A stretch of 64,000 nt of DNA from contig CAXSDE010000006.1 of assembly GCA_964236265.1 (NCBI GenBank), positions 17,895 through 81,894 of the forward strand, written 5' to 3'. Positions 48,476-58,380 of the stretch are shown piece after piece. Position numbers and translations under genes: made by a program. The notes under the pieces are model-generated. The model ran no database searches, was not told the origin of the DNA, and was given only the letters and a program-made list of their open reading frames with translations. How positions within the stretch are numbered: the first letter of the stretch is position 1; each line of letters starts with the position of its first letter. This DNA comes from an uncultured bacterium (GTDB taxonomy: Bacteria > Actinomycetota > Actinomycetes > JAVEEB01).

Positions 48476-49603
48476 TCAGCGGGTCTCGACCGCGTCGAAG
48501 GCGTCGAACACCGCCAGGTCGGCGGCGGCGCGGCCCTCCGTGAGGCCCCGCCTGTCGTACGCATTGACGCTCGTGGACGTCACCGCTCCGAAGGCGGACT
48601 CTGCTGCGTCGTCGACGGCGGAACGCCGGGCGGCGAGGACGGGCAGCAGGCGATCGTCCGTCTCGGCGATGGCGCCGACAGCCTCGCGTTCCGTCGTGTC
48701 GAGCCGCTCGGCGACGCGGACGGCGTAGGCAACCAGGAATGCCCTGCGGTAGCGGGGCGTGCGGCGGTCGGTGGAAATGCCCGCGGACGTCATGGCCCTC
48801 GTGCCCTGCACCAGCAGGGAGGTGAACAGGGTCTCGACTGCGTGCAGGTCCGACGCGAAGCCGAACACGCTGGACAGGCCGAGCCCGGTCAGCTGCACGC
48901 TCCGGCAGCGGTTGGTCTGCGCGATGTGCTGCAACAAGAGCGCTTTCGCGTCCGCGTACGGATCCTCCAGCGGCACGTGACGGACCGTCGGCACGTCGAT
49001 GCCTACGCCGGCGTCGAGGGCACTGTGCAGCGCATGCCGACTGATCAGCTCCTGGGCCTTTGCCGTGAGCGCCTCAGCTTCCGGCACCGAATCGGTCGCC
49101 TCCGCCTTGGCGAGCAGCGCACGAACGCGCCGCAGCATGCGTTCCTCGGCCTCGTCCGCCGGTGACTGCACCGGGACGGGCAGCGGCGGCAGCGTGACGA
49201 TCCACGCAAGGACCTCCAGCCCGGTGCGGACATCGTCGCGCTCGCCGTCGAAGAGCCACCGCGTGTGCGCGGCACCACGACGCCGCAGCGCCGGCCGGCC
49301 GAGGTCGTCGTCCCAGCCGTTCGCCGGCGCCAGTGCCCACATGTCGTCGACGACCGCGGAGAGCGTGGCGCGGCCCAGGGGCAAGGCAGCGATCGACGTG
49401 ACCAGTGCTCCGCTCTCCGCGTCGCCCGCGATGATCGCCTCGGCTGCGGCGGCGATGAGACGCCGCACGCGCAATTCCTCCGGGCTCCAGGCGGACGCGC
49501 CGAACGGCCCGGCGGAAGGCCCGTCGGCCCGCCGCTGGTGGTCCCGTTGGCGCCGTTGCCGGCGCTGCTGCTTCTGCTGGCTGCGCTGCTGCGACTTACC
49601 CAT
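48476..49603 (-). CDS. DUF2786 domain-containing protein
   Basis: Taken from ATG 49603 (MGKSQQRSQQKQQRRQRRQR). The DUF2786 core is RVRALLAKAEATDSVPEAEALTAKAQELISRH. The upstream 145 codons of the ORF are antisense to ilvD. Confidence 0.78.
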   Translation of the reverse strand: MGKSQQRSQQKQQRRQRRQRDHQRRADGPSAGPFGASAWSPEELRVRRLIAAAAEAIIAGDAESGALVTSIAALPLGRATLSAVVDDMWALAPANGWDDDLGRPALRRRGAAHTRWLFDGERDDVRTGLEVLAWIVTLPPLPVPVQSPADEAEERMLRRVRALLAKAEATDSVPEAEALTAKAQELISRHALHSALDAGVGIDVPTVRHVPLEDPYADAKALLLQHIAQTNRCRSVQLTGLGLSSVFGFASDLHAVETLFTSLLVQGTRAMTSAGISTDRRTPRYRRAFLVAYAVRVAERLDTTEREAVGAIAETDDRLLPVLAARRSAVDDAAESAFGAVTSTSVNAYDRRGLTEGRAAADLAVFDAFDAVETR

Positions 49604-49769
49604 AGCTCGGTAGATTAGGGGAGCCACCGACAGCCGGAACTCGCGACCCCTGGACTGATGGTCGTGCACTGGCCGCCCGGCCAGGCGTGGCAGACGGGAT
49701 GAGATCGACCCGGCGCGGGCGTTGCGGGAGAATGGGTCGTCGTACCCCTGGATCGTCCCGAGGAGCACC

Positions 49770-51623
49770 GTGCCGCCGCTTCGTTCCCGCACCAGCACCC
49801 ACGGCCGCAACATGGCCGGCGCCCGCGCCCTGTGGCGCGCGACCGGCATGGGTGACGACGACTTCGGCAAGCCGATCATCGCGATCGCCAACAGCTTCAC
49901 GCAGTTCGTTCCTGGGCACGTGCACCTGCGCAACCTCGGCATGATCGTCGCCGACTCGATCGCGGCCGCCGGCGGCGTGGCCAAGGAGTTCAACACCATC
50001 GCCGTGGATGACGGCATCGCGATGGGCCACGGCGGCATGCTCTACAGCCTGCCGAGCCGCGAGCTTATCGCCGACTCCGTCGAATACATGATGCAGGCCC
50101 ACACCGCCGACGCCCTCGTGTGCATCAGCAACTGCGACAAGATCACCCCCGGCATGCTGCTCGCGGCACTGCGGCTCAACATCCCGACGGTCTTCGTCAG
50201 CGGCGGTGCCATGGAGGCCGGCACGGCCATCGTCAACCCGGACGGCACGGTGCACATCGGCGGCACCGACCTCATCACCGCCATGTCCATGTCGGCGGAC
50301 GCGAGTGTCAGCGACGAAACCCTCGCGCAGGTGGAACGTTCGGCGTGCCCGACCTGTGGGTCCTGCTCCGGCATGTTCACCGCCAACTCCATGAACTGCC
50401 TGACCGAGGCCCTCGGCCTGTCGTTGCCCGGCAACGGCACGACCCTGGCGACGAGCTTTGCGCGCAAGGCATTGTTCGAGAAGGCCGGCACCACCGTCGT
50501 CGAGCTCGCCAAGCGTTGGTACGACAACGACGACGCGACCGTCCTCCCGCGGAGCATCGCCACGCGCGAGGCATTCGAGAACGCGATGACCCTCGACATC
50601 GCCATGGGTGGCTCGACCAACACGATCCTGCATCTCCTCGCGGCCGCACAGGAGGGCGAGGTCGACTTCGGCATGATTGACATCGACAACCTCTCGCGGC
50701 GCGTCCCGTGCCTGTCGAAGGTGGCGCCCAACGGCAAGTACTACATCGAGGACGTGCATCGCGCCGGTGGCATTCCGGCGCTGCTCGGCGAGCTCGACCG
50801 CGGCGGTCTGCTCAACCGGAACGTGCATTCCGTGCACTCGGCGTCGCTCGAGGACTTCCTGCGTGACTGGGACGTGCGCCGGCCCGACGCTGATCCCGTT
50901 GCCGTGGAGCTCTTCCACGCCGCTCCGGGAGGGGTGCGCACCGTCGAGCCGTTCCAGTCGACGAACCGTTGGGACACCCTCGACCTCGATGCCGCCAACG
51001 GCTGCATCCGGGACATCGCACACGCTTACACGGTCGAGGGTGGGCTCGCCGTGCTGCACGGCAATCTCGCCGTGGACGGCTGCGTCGTGAAGACGGCCGG
51101 CGTCGACGAGAGCATCTGGACGTTCTCCGGCCCGGCCCGGGTCTTCGAGTCCATGGAGCAGTCGGTCGAGGCGATCCTGAGCAAGCAGATCGTGCCGGGA
51201 GACGTCGTGGTGATTCGGTACGAAGGACCGAAAGGTGGCCCGGGCATGCAGGAGATGCTGTATCCGACGAGCTATCTCAAGGGTCTCGGTCTCGGCAAGC
51301 TGTGCGCGCTGCTGACGGACGGCCGGTTCTCCGGCGGCACGAGCGGGCTGTCGATCGGGCACGTCTCGCCGGAGGCCGCGAGCGGCGGCGCGATCGCGTT
51401 GGTGCAGGAGGGCGACATCATCGAGATCGACATCCCCAACCGGAGCATCCGCATCGCCATCAGTGATGAGGAGCTCGAGATGCGTCGCGACAAGATGGCC
51501 GCGTCCGAGCGGCCGTGGCAGCCGGCGGCCAGGGACCGCTACGTCTCGCCGGCGCTGCGCGCCTACGCGTCGATGGCAACGAGCGCGGACAAGGGCGCGG
51601 TGCGCGTCGTTCCCGGCGCATGA
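49770..51623 (+). CDS. ilvD: dihydroxy-acid dehydratase
   Basis: Taken from GTG 49770 ([27 protein letters not shown]), with GAGGAG upstream. [26 protein letters not shown] and [13 protein letters not shown] are present. Confidence 0.95.
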   Translation: MPPLRSRTSTHGRNMAGARALWRATGMGDDDFGKPIIAIANSFTQFVPGHVHLRNLGMIVADSIAAAGGVAKEFNTIAVDDGIAMGHGGMLYSLPSRELIADSVEYMMQAHTADALVCISNCDKITPGMLLAALRLNIPTVFVSGGAMEAGTAIVNPDGTVHIGGTDLITAMSMSADASVSDETLAQVERSACPTCGSCSGMFTANSMNCLTEALGLSLPGNGTTLATSFARKALFEKAGTTVVELAKRWYDNDDATVLPRSIATREAFENAMTLDIAMGGSTNTILHLLAAAQEGEVDFGMIDIDNLSRRVPCLSKVAPNGKYYIEDVHRAGGIPALLGELDRGGLLNRNVHSVHSASLEDFLRDWDVRRPDADPVAVELFHAAPGGVRTVEPFQSTNRWDTLDLDAANGCIRDIAHAYTVEGGLAVLHGNLAVDGCVVKTAGVDESIWTFSGPARVFESMEQSVEAILSKQIVPGDVVVIRYEGPKGGPGMQEMLYPTSYLKGLGLGKLCALLTDGRFSGGTSGLSIGHVSPEAASGGAIALVQEGDIIEIDIPNRSIRIAISDEELEMRRDKMAASERPWQPAARDRYVSPALRAYASMATSADKGAVRVVPGA

Positions 51624-52570
51624 GCGACGGTTGCGGCACGTACGCGCATTGGACGCTCCACGTGTGGGCCCCCGACGTCGACCTGGTGCGTGCGCTCAAC
51701 GAGCTGCGCGATGTCGAGGCGACGCTCGTCGGAGCGGACGGCCACCTGCCTGACGACGCCGGCCAGGTCGAGCTCGTGCTTGCCGGATATGAGCCGGAGC
51801 GCATGGCGGAGATCGTCGCGGCCACTCCGAAACTGCGGGTGGTGCAGACGTTCAGCGCCGGCGTCGATTCGATTGTCGGCACGCTGCCCGAGTCGGTGCA
51901 CCTGTGCGACGCGCGCGGCGTGCATGACGTGACCGTGGCCGAGTGGGTGCTCGCCGGCGTGCTCGCGGACCGGCGTGAGCTCCCGCGGTATGCCCGCGCG
52001 CAGGCGGTGCGCAGGTGGGTGACCAGTGAACGCGGGGGAGCGGGAGAGCTGTTCGGGAGCCGCGTGCTCATCGTCGGCTACGGCTCGATCGGGGAGGCCG
52101 TCGAAAAGCGGCTGGCTCCGTTCGACGTGACCGTGACGCGGGTTGCGCGGGCGGCCCGGGACGGGGTGCACGGCATCGAGGACCTGCCCCACCTGCTGCC
52201 CGACGCCGACATCGTCATCGTCCTGCTGCCGTTGACGCCCGCGACCCGGGGCCTGGTCGACAAGGATTTTCTCGCCGCGATGCCGGCCGGCGCTGTGTTC
52301 GTGAATGCGGCGCGCGGCGCGGTCGCCGATACGGACGCGATCGTGGCGGAGTTGCAGTCGGGACGGCTGCGCGCCGTGCTCGACGTCACCGACCCCGAGC
52401 CGCTGCCCGCCGAGCATCCGCTCTGGTCGGCGCCGGGCCTGCTGCTGACGCCACACATCGGAGGCAACACGACGGGCTTACCTGCGCGCACTACAACGTT
52501 CGTCTGCCGGCAGGTCGAGCGCTACCGCGACGGCAAACCCCTCGAAAACATCGTCGTCGATGGCTACTAG
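51620..52570 (+). CDS. D-isomer-specific 2-hydroxyacid dehydrogenase family protein
   Basis: ATG 51620 overlaps the ilvD stop (ATGA). The NAD-binding block is [14 protein letters not shown]. The catalytic region is [11 protein letters not shown]...LLTPHIGG. Confidence 0.85.
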   Translation: MSDGCGTYAHWTLHVWAPDVDLVRALNELRDVEATLVGADGHLPDDAGQVELVLAGYEPERMAEIVAATPKLRVVQTFSAGVDSIVGTLPESVHLCDARGVHDVTVAEWVLAGVLADRRELPRYARAQAVRRWVTSERGGAGELFGSRVLIVGYGSIGEAVEKRLAPFDVTVTRVARAARDGVHGIEDLPHLLPDADIVIVLLPLTPATRGLVDKDFLAAMPAGAVFVNAARGAVADTDAIVAELQSGRLRAVLDVTDPEPLPAEHPLWSAPGLLLTPHIGGNTTGLPARTTTFVCRQVERYRDGKPLENIVVDGY

Positions 52571-52602
52571 GCACGGCCGCGACCGGTGTTTTGTGAGCCT
52601 TG

Positions 52603-53412
52603 TCAGACCCGGCACAGAATCTCGCCGTGCAGGATGGACAGCCAGCCATCCTCGGCCGCGGCCCACTGCAGCCAGCCTTGCGAGATTCGCCTCAGCCCCG
52701 CGGCGTCGATGGCACCCGAATCCACGGCCTGCTTCGCGATCGCCGAGTCGGTGATGCGGGCCGCCCACATCGAGCCCCACCAGGAGCGGTCCGCAGGAGT
52801 GGCGAAGCACCACGTGCTCGAGGTGGCGGCGACGGAGGCGAAGCCGGCCTCCTGCGCCCAGGACAGCAGTCGGCGACCGGCGTCCGGCTCCCCGCCGTTT
52901 GCCCGGGCGAGACCGCGGTAGAGCGCCAGCCATTCATCGAGCACGGGCAGCGGCGGCCACCAGGTAAACGCGGCGTAGTCGCTGTCCCGTGCCGCCACGA
53001 TGCCGCCGGGCTTGCAGACGCGCCGCATCTCGCGCAAGGCCTGCACCGGATCGGGCACGTGCTGCAGAACCTGATGCGCATGGACGACATCGAAGGCGTT
53101 GTCGACGAAGTGGAGTCGTTGGACATCGCCGACGGTGAAGTCGATGGTGTGCACGGACTGCGTGTTCGATTCCTCCCTGCTGAGCTCGAGCGCCTCCTCG
53201 GTGATCTCGAGCGCGGTGACGCGGCCGGGAGCGACCAACCGAGCGAGATCGGTGGTGATCGTGCCGGGGCCGCAGCCGACGTCGAGGATGGTCATTCCCG
53301 GGGTCAGCTGCGGGAGGAGGTAGGCCGCGGAGTTCACGGCCGTGCGCCAGCGGTGCGAACTGAGCACCGAGGGATGGTGGCCGTGGGTGTAGATGTCTTC
53401 AGCGCTCGTCAT
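52603..53412 (-). CDS. class I SAM-dependent methyltransferase
   Basis: Taken from ATG 53412 (MTSAEDIYTHGHH). Motif I is ILDVGCGPGTITTDLA. FDVVHAHQVLQHVPDP is also present. Confidence 0.85.
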   Translation of the reverse strand: MTSAEDIYTHGHHPSVLSSHRWRTAVNSAAYLLPQLTPGMTILDVGCGPGTITTDLARLVAPGRVTALEITEEALELSREESNTQSVHTIDFTVGDVQRLHFVDNAFDVVHAHQVLQHVPDPVQALREMRRVCKPGGIVAARDSDYAAFTWWPPLPVLDEWLALYRGLARANGGEPDAGRRLLSWAQEAGFASVAATSSTWCFATPADRSWWGSMWAARITDSAIAKQAVDSGAIDAAGLRRISQGWLQWAAAEDGWLSILHGEILCRV

Positions 53413-53552
53413 CGTTCCTCCTCGCCGGTGGCTGCGCACGCCCTTCCGGCAGACGGTAGCGACATCTCGCCTGATGAGCAATATGTCTCGGTATGTGAGA
53501 CGAACCTCATATTGTGGTTGCGCGCGGGTCGTCTGTCCGGCACTGTCGGCTG

Positions 53553-54221
53553 ATGGGATCACCGGTCAACGTGCTGCGCGTTTTCACCACCGCCGACGGC
53601 ACGGGCGGCAACCACCTGGGTGTGCTCCTCGACACCGCCGACCTCGACGACCGGGAGTGTCAGGCCATCGCGGCGACGCTGGCCTACAGCGAAACAGTGT
53701 TCATCGACGACCTCGCCACCGCGCGCTGCCGCATCTTCACACCTGAGGTCGCGTTGCCGTTCGCCGGTCATCCGATGGTCGGCACGGCTTGGTTGCTCGC
53801 ACACCTCGGCGCCGCTGCTGCAGTGCTCCGACCACCCGCCGGCGCGGTCGATTGCTGGCCGGACGGCGACGATTGGTGGGTGGGCGCGCAGGCCGCCTGG
53901 TGCCCCGACTGGACGTTGCTCGAGGCTGGCACGGCCACCGAGGTCGACGCCGCTGCGCCGCCCACCGACAAGGTGCACGAATATCGCTGGGCATGGACCA
54001 ACCGTGAGTCTGGTGCCGTTCGGGCTCGTGCCTTCGCGGGCGCGGTCGGCATCGTCGAGGACGAGGCAACCGGCTCCGCCGCCATCCGACTCGCGACCGC
54101 GTTGCAGGTGCCACTCACGATCAGTCAGGGACGCGGCTCGCGCCTGCTCGCTGCGCCTTTCGGGCCGAGTCGGGCCGGCGTCGGCGGGGCGGTGGTGCTC
54201 GACGGTCAGCGAACCGTATGA
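53553..54221 (+). CDS. PhzF-family isomerase-like protein
   Basis: Taken from ATG 53553. VLRVFTTADGTGGNHLGVLLD, YSETVFI and FTPEVALPFAGHPMVGTAWLL match the PhzF/YddE pattern. Confidence 0.78.
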   Translation: MGSPVNVLRVFTTADGTGGNHLGVLLDTADLDDRECQAIAATLAYSETVFIDDLATARCRIFTPEVALPFAGHPMVGTAWLLAHLGAAAAVLRPPAGAVDCWPDGDDWWVGAQAAWCPDWTLLEAGTATEVDAAAPPTDKVHEYRWAWTNRESGAVRARAFAGAVGIVEDEATGSAAIRLATALQVPLTISQGRGSRLLAAPFGPSRAGVGGAVVLDGQRTV

Positions 54222-54275
54222 GAAGAGGGAACGTGAGCTCTGCGCCGCGGACGCCCGCTCAGCGGCCGGCCTGTG

Positions 54276-54296
54276 GCCCGCCGGTTTCGGGCGGGC
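54276..54296 (+). terminator. GC-rich hairpin downstream of the PhzF-like gene
   Basis: GCCCGCC (54276-54282), a 7-nt loop, then GGCGGGC (54290-54296), followed by TTCC. The stem is perfect at 7 bp but the U-tract is weak. Confidence 0.45.
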
Positions 54297-54760
54297 TTCC
54301 AAGTGGCGCTGCTGATCCGTGTCCACATCGGCTGCAGTCTACGCGGGAAACTGGGGGGTGAAGTGAACGTGTTCGTCAACGCGGACGGCGGTTATAGCCC
54401 CTCCAGGCCAAACGCCTCGGCCCCGGCCAGAAGCGATGGGTGCCGCAGATGCCGCCGGCCTTGCCGACCACTGCCGCGTCGAGCAGCTGGTAGTTGACAG
54501 TGCATCCGACACGCTAGCGGGCGAGCACGTGCTGTCGGATGCACGCGGCAATGGTCTACGTCTGCGGCAGGAGGCCCGCATACCGAACGTGATCTCGCCG
54601 GGATATCGCGACGCGCCGGTGGCGAAAATTAGCCAAGTTCTGGCCGAGGACGAAAGTTCTGCGACCACAAAAGTGGCGACCGGCCGGCCGTCCCGAGTGT
54701 CGTTCGAGTCGGCGATCGGGTGGACGTATTCGGACCTGGCGGTTTGGTCGCGGCGGTGAC

Positions 54761-55552
54761 ATGATCGACGGGGGCGCTTCGCGCCTCGGGATGGGGCCGG
54801 GTGGTCGCGTGAATGCCGGTGAGCGGCTGCGGGCGCGTCTGGACGCGGTGATGGGCGCGGGCGCGTCCGGATTGACCGCGGCGAACGAGTTGTGCCTCGC
54901 GTGTGTGGACCTGCTCGGGGTCGACGGGGCGGCGATCTCCTACGTGCACAACGGGTCGAGTCGCGGCACGTTCGGCTCGAGCGGGGACCTGAGCCGGCGG
55001 TTGGACGAGTTCGAGTTCACGTTCGGTGAAGGTCCGTGTCACGACGCTGTGGGGTCCCGGCGGCCCGTGTTGGTCCCGGACCTTGCCACTGAGAAGGAGC
55101 AGCGGTGGCCGGCGTTCGCCCGCGCGCTCCTCGACGACGGCGTGCGTGCCGTGTTCGCGGCCCCCGTCATGATCGCGTCCTCCCCGGTGGCTGCGTTGGA
55201 CCTGTTCCGGCTCGACGCGGGCGTGTTGGACCCGGTTGCCCTGGCCGGATTCCTGCACGCGGCGGAACTCGCCGCTCTGCCGCTGCTGGACCTGATGAGT
55301 TCGGATCTGGACTGGCCGGCGGCCGGTGACGGGCCGCGGGATGACGGCTGGGCCCAGCTCGCCTCCTTGGAACGGGTCGAGGTCTACCAGGCGACCGGCA
55401 TGATCATGGGACAGCTGGATATCGGACCCGCGGAGGCCCTGGTACGCCTGCGCGGGCATGCATTCGCCCACAGCCAGACTGCGAGCGACGCCGCGTGGGA
55501 AGTGTTGAACCGCACACTGGCTTTCCGGGAAGACAAGGACACCGCGTCATGA
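54761..55552 (+). CDS. GAF plus ANTAR domain RNA-binding antiterminator-type regulator (paralog 1)
   Basis: The GAF part has EGPCHDAVGSRRPVLVPDL. The C-terminal ANTAR helix region is VEVYQATGMIMGQLDIGPAEALVRLRGHAFAHSQTASDAAWEVL. Confidence 0.82.
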   Translation: MIDGGASRLGMGPGGRVNAGERLRARLDAVMGAGASGLTAANELCLACVDLLGVDGAAISYVHNGSSRGTFGSSGDLSRRLDEFEFTFGEGPCHDAVGSRRPVLVPDLATEKEQRWPAFARALLDDGVRAVFAAPVMIASSPVAALDLFRLDAGVLDPVALAGFLHAAELAALPLLDLMSSDLDWPAAGDGPRDDGWAQLASLERVEVYQATGMIMGQLDIGPAEALVRLRGHAFAHSQTASDAAWEVLNRTLAFREDKDTAS

Positions 55553-56316
55553 CACGCACCCGCGAGCAAGAAGTGATCGGCGCGTTCGTCGCGCTCGCCA
55601 CAAGCCTGGCGAACGGCGACGACGTCGTCGAGCTCCTCACCGGGCTCACGGCTGACTGCGCCCGCCTGCTGAACGTCGAGTCGGCCGGACTCCTGCTCGC
55701 TGACACCCACGGGACACTGCATCTGATGGCCACCTCTTCGCAGGCGACGACTGCCCTCGAGGTGCTGCAACTGCAACGCGACGAAGGTCCGTGCCTGGAC
55801 TGCTACCACGCCGGGGCAGCCGTGTCCTCCGACGACTTGCGGGCGGACATCGACCGCTGGCCGCAGTTCGTCCCGGCTGCGCTCGCCGGCGGCTTCGCGA
55901 GCGCACACGCCGTGCCGATGCAGCTCCGCGGCACCATCCTGGGGACCCTCGGGCTGTTCGGAGCTCACCCGGGGGCGCTCAGCGACGACGACCGGGACCT
56001 CGCCCAAGCCATGGCGCACGTCGCAAGCGTGTCACTCGTGCAGGACCAGGCGGCCGCCGATAAGGATGTCATCGTCGGGCAGCTCAACGTGGCGCTCACC
56101 TCGCGAGTCGTTCTCGAGCAAGCGAAGGGGTTTCTCGCTCAACGGGGCGATGTGGACCTCGAGGAGGCGTTCGCGGTGCTGCGCGACTACGCCCGAGGTC
56201 ACAACGAGCGCCTATCCGACGTCGCCGCCGCGATCGTGTCGCGACGATTGCCGCCGCAGGATGTCCTGGGCGCCCCCGCGGCCAAACACCCCGCCGAGCA
56301 GCAGCACAAACGATGA
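55549..56316 (+). CDS. GAF plus ANTAR domain regulator (paralog 2)
   Basis: ATG 55549 overlaps the upstream stop (ATGA). The GAF part has DEGPCLDCYHAGAAV. The ANTAR part is LTSRVVLEQAKGFLAQRGDVDLEEAFAVLRDYARGHNERLSDVAAAIV. Confidence 0.85.
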   Translation: MTRTREQEVIGAFVALATSLANGDDVVELLTGLTADCARLLNVESAGLLLADTHGTLHLMATSSQATTALEVLQLQRDEGPCLDCYHAGAAVSSDDLRADIDRWPQFVPAALAGGFASAHAVPMQLRGTILGTLGLFGAHPGALSDDDRDLAQAMAHVASVSLVQDQAAADKDVIVGQLNVALTSRVVLEQAKGFLAQRGDVDLEEAFAVLRDYARGHNERLSDVAAAIVSRRLPPQDVLGAPAAKHPAEQQHKR

Positions 56317-56430
56317 CTAACCTCCCCCGGGCCCTCTTGCCCACAGCGTTCGGACGTGTGCGCCTCTGCGCGACATCCCTCCGGACGCTGCGCAGCCGGT
56401 CAGGCCCCACCCCTGCCGAAGGCGGCCCGC

Positions 56431-56949
56431 ATGGACACTCCACACACCATGCCTGACAGTCACTCGGCGCAGCGCGCGTTACCGAGCCGGCAAGACGCAA
56501 CCCCCGCCGCGCACAGCCCCGGTGCTGCGCTGGAAGGAATCCTTGATGCTCGTCGGGAGTCCCATATTGCGGCCGGTCTCCGCGTCCAACAGCCTGCGAC
56601 CAACCCCGGCACGGCGTTCAGTGTGCAGGAACTCCCCGGTGGCCTCGCGGTCAGCGGCGAATTGGACATCGCCACGTGTCCGCAGCTGCACGCGGCGTTC
56701 AGCGGACTGGCGCTGCGCAGCGACGGGGCGTTTGTCCTCGACCTTCATGGGCTCACGTTCCTCGGGATGGTCGGCGTTCGGCTCCTCGCAGATATCCACG
56801 CCGTCGCCGCGAGCGCCGGGCCGTCGCCCCGCATCACCCCGCCAGTGTCGGCAGCCGTGCGACGCATGCTGCGCACAGCCGTCGCCTACGGGTGGCTGCC
56901 GCCATCATTTGTCGAAACCACCATCGGGACGGCCGAGTCCCAGCCCTGA
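56431..56949 (+). CDS. STAS-domain protein (anti-sigma-factor-antagonist-like)
   Basis: LAVSGELDIATCPQLHAAFSGLALRSDGAFVLDLHGLTFLGMVGVRLL is a typical STAS core. The start is uncertain: ATG 56431 within the 56356 ORF. Confidence 0.7.
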   Translation: MDTPHTMPDSHSAQRALPSRQDATPAAHSPGAALEGILDARRESHIAAGLRVQQPATNPGTAFSVQELPGGLAVSGELDIATCPQLHAAFSGLALRSDGAFVLDLHGLTFLGMVGVRLLADIHAVAASAGPSPRITPPVSAAVRRMLRTAVAYGWLPPSFVETTIGTAESQP

Positions 56950-57043
56950 TCCGGTGACCCTCCTGACGACGTTTGCCGGCCCGCAGGAAGGGCAAGCGCC
57001 TCGAGTCGACTGAAGCCGCCGTCGCGCATCCGAGGGGATCACG

Positions 57044-57670
57044 GTGACCGAGCCCGAAGGCGGATCGACGACGCAGCCGTCACAGGCTACGGAACCGGCG
57101 GCTGCAGAGGTGGCGGCGCCGGCGAGCCCGTCGCAACGGTTGGATGAGGTGCTCGCCGACCGGCAGCGCCACCACGAGTCCGGCGGCGTGCAAGCCGAGA
57201 AGTCTGCCACGGACCTGACCGCCGCGGCGAACTCGCCGACACACTCGCTGGCTGCCGGTCCGGCCGCTGAACCCGCCGGCTTTACGTCACCCGCGCTGAC
57301 GGCGGCCCGTGCGACGTACGCGAAGTCAGGGTTCTTCGCAGCCGGCGCGCTCATCGCTGTGATGGTCGACGAGGAACGCAGCGACGACCTGGCCGGCGCG
57401 GTGCGCGAGCGACTCGCCACCGGCTCATCCCCCCGCCTCCTCGTCCTGGACATGCGCCACGTCATCAGCACCATGGCGGGCAGTTGGTGGGAGCAACAGA
57501 CCGCGTCGTCGCTCCCATCGGGCAGCCGCGTCATCGCCGCGCACGCCCCGGCCGGGCTGACGTTTGCGGCCGAAGGGGCCGTGCATCACCGCGGCACGGG
57601 GTCCGCATTGCCCGGGATAAGCAATGCCTACCGAGGGGTTCTGCGCTCACTGCCCAGGCCCGCGGCGTAG
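57044..57670 (+). CDS. hypothetical protein; C-terminal half weakly STAS-like
   Basis: The 208-aa ORF starts at GTG 57044 with an Ala/Pro-rich N-terminus, followed by SSPRLLVLDMRHVISTMAGSWW. No confident family was recognised. Confidence 0.4.
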   Translation: MTEPEGGSTTQPSQATEPAAAEVAAPASPSQRLDEVLADRQRHHESGGVQAEKSATDLTAAANSPTHSLAAGPAAEPAGFTSPALTAARATYAKSGFFAAGALIAVMVDEERSDDLAGAVRERLATGSSPRLLVLDMRHVISTMAGSWWEQQTASSLPSGSRVIAAHAPAGLTFAAEGAVHHRGTGSALPGISNAYRGVLRSLPRPAA

Positions 57671-57760
57671 TTCCCCACCCGCACCGGTCGTTGTCGTCGC
57701 GCGCGCCGGGTCGGTCCCGTCGCGCCCACCCACCTGACTTGTCTGCAACGAGAGGATGGC

Positions 57761-58324
57761 GTGACAGTCCACCTACTCGTCGGTCTGCCGGGAGCCGGGA
57801 AGACGACGCGAGCAAAAGCGTTGGAGAGCAGCCACTCCGCCCTTCGCCTGACACCTGACGAATGGCAGATGACAATCTTCGGTGGCGATGGTCCCACGCG
57901 ATGGCGGTTGAAGGATCGTGCTGATCAGCGTGATCGAATCGAGGGCAAGCTCATAGAGCTCGGCATGCGGGCGGCCCAGTTGGGTCTCGATGTCGTCCTC
58001 GACTTCGGTCTGTGGGGAAGGGACGAACGCTCGGCGCTTCGCTGGATCGCCGGCACGTTGGGCGTGCGTGCCCAGGTCGTCTACCTGCCGATCGACTACG
58101 AGGAACAGCGCAGGCGCATCACCAGCCGGTACGAGAACGAGCCGGGGCAATTTCAGATGAACGACGCCGAACTGAAGCAATGGCACACGCAGTTCCAGGC
58201 GCCGGACGAGGAAGAAGTCCGGGGCAGTGTGATCCCTCCGGCTCCGCCAGATTATGCGACGTGGTCGCCGTGGGCGGCCGAACGTTGGCCGTCGTTGCCG
58301 GATCAGTACGGGTCACGCGTCTGA
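57761..58324 (+). CDS. P-loop NTPase / kinase of the AAA_33 (zeta-toxin/gluconate-kinase-like) type
   Basis: The Walker A motif is LLVGLPGAGKTTRAKAL. The Walker B-like block is VVLDFGLW. GAGAGGA lies upstream of GTG 57761. GC is visibly lower than in the flanks. Confidence 0.75.
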   Translation: MTVHLLVGLPGAGKTTRAKALESSHSALRLTPDEWQMTIFGGDGPTRWRLKDRADQRDRIEGKLIELGMRAAQLGLDVVLDFGLWGRDERSALRWIAGTLGVRAQVVYLPIDYEEQRRRITSRYENEPGQFQMNDAELKQWHTQFQAPDEEEVRGSVIPPAPPDYATWSPWAAERWPSLPDQYGSRV

Positions 58325-58380
58325 CGGCGGAGCAAGGACACGAGGGCAGGGATGGGCTCCGGGCAGCCGCAGTTGCAGTG

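Noticed and set aside
42291-49603. The island as BREX, DISARM or a prophage remnant
   Set aside because: Only a two-gene mod/res pair with type III architecture is present. There is no PglZ, BrxC or DrmA-like gene, and no phage structural, integrase or terminase genes.
49596-51362. 588-aa minus-strand ORF
   Set aside because: It is antisense to ilvD.
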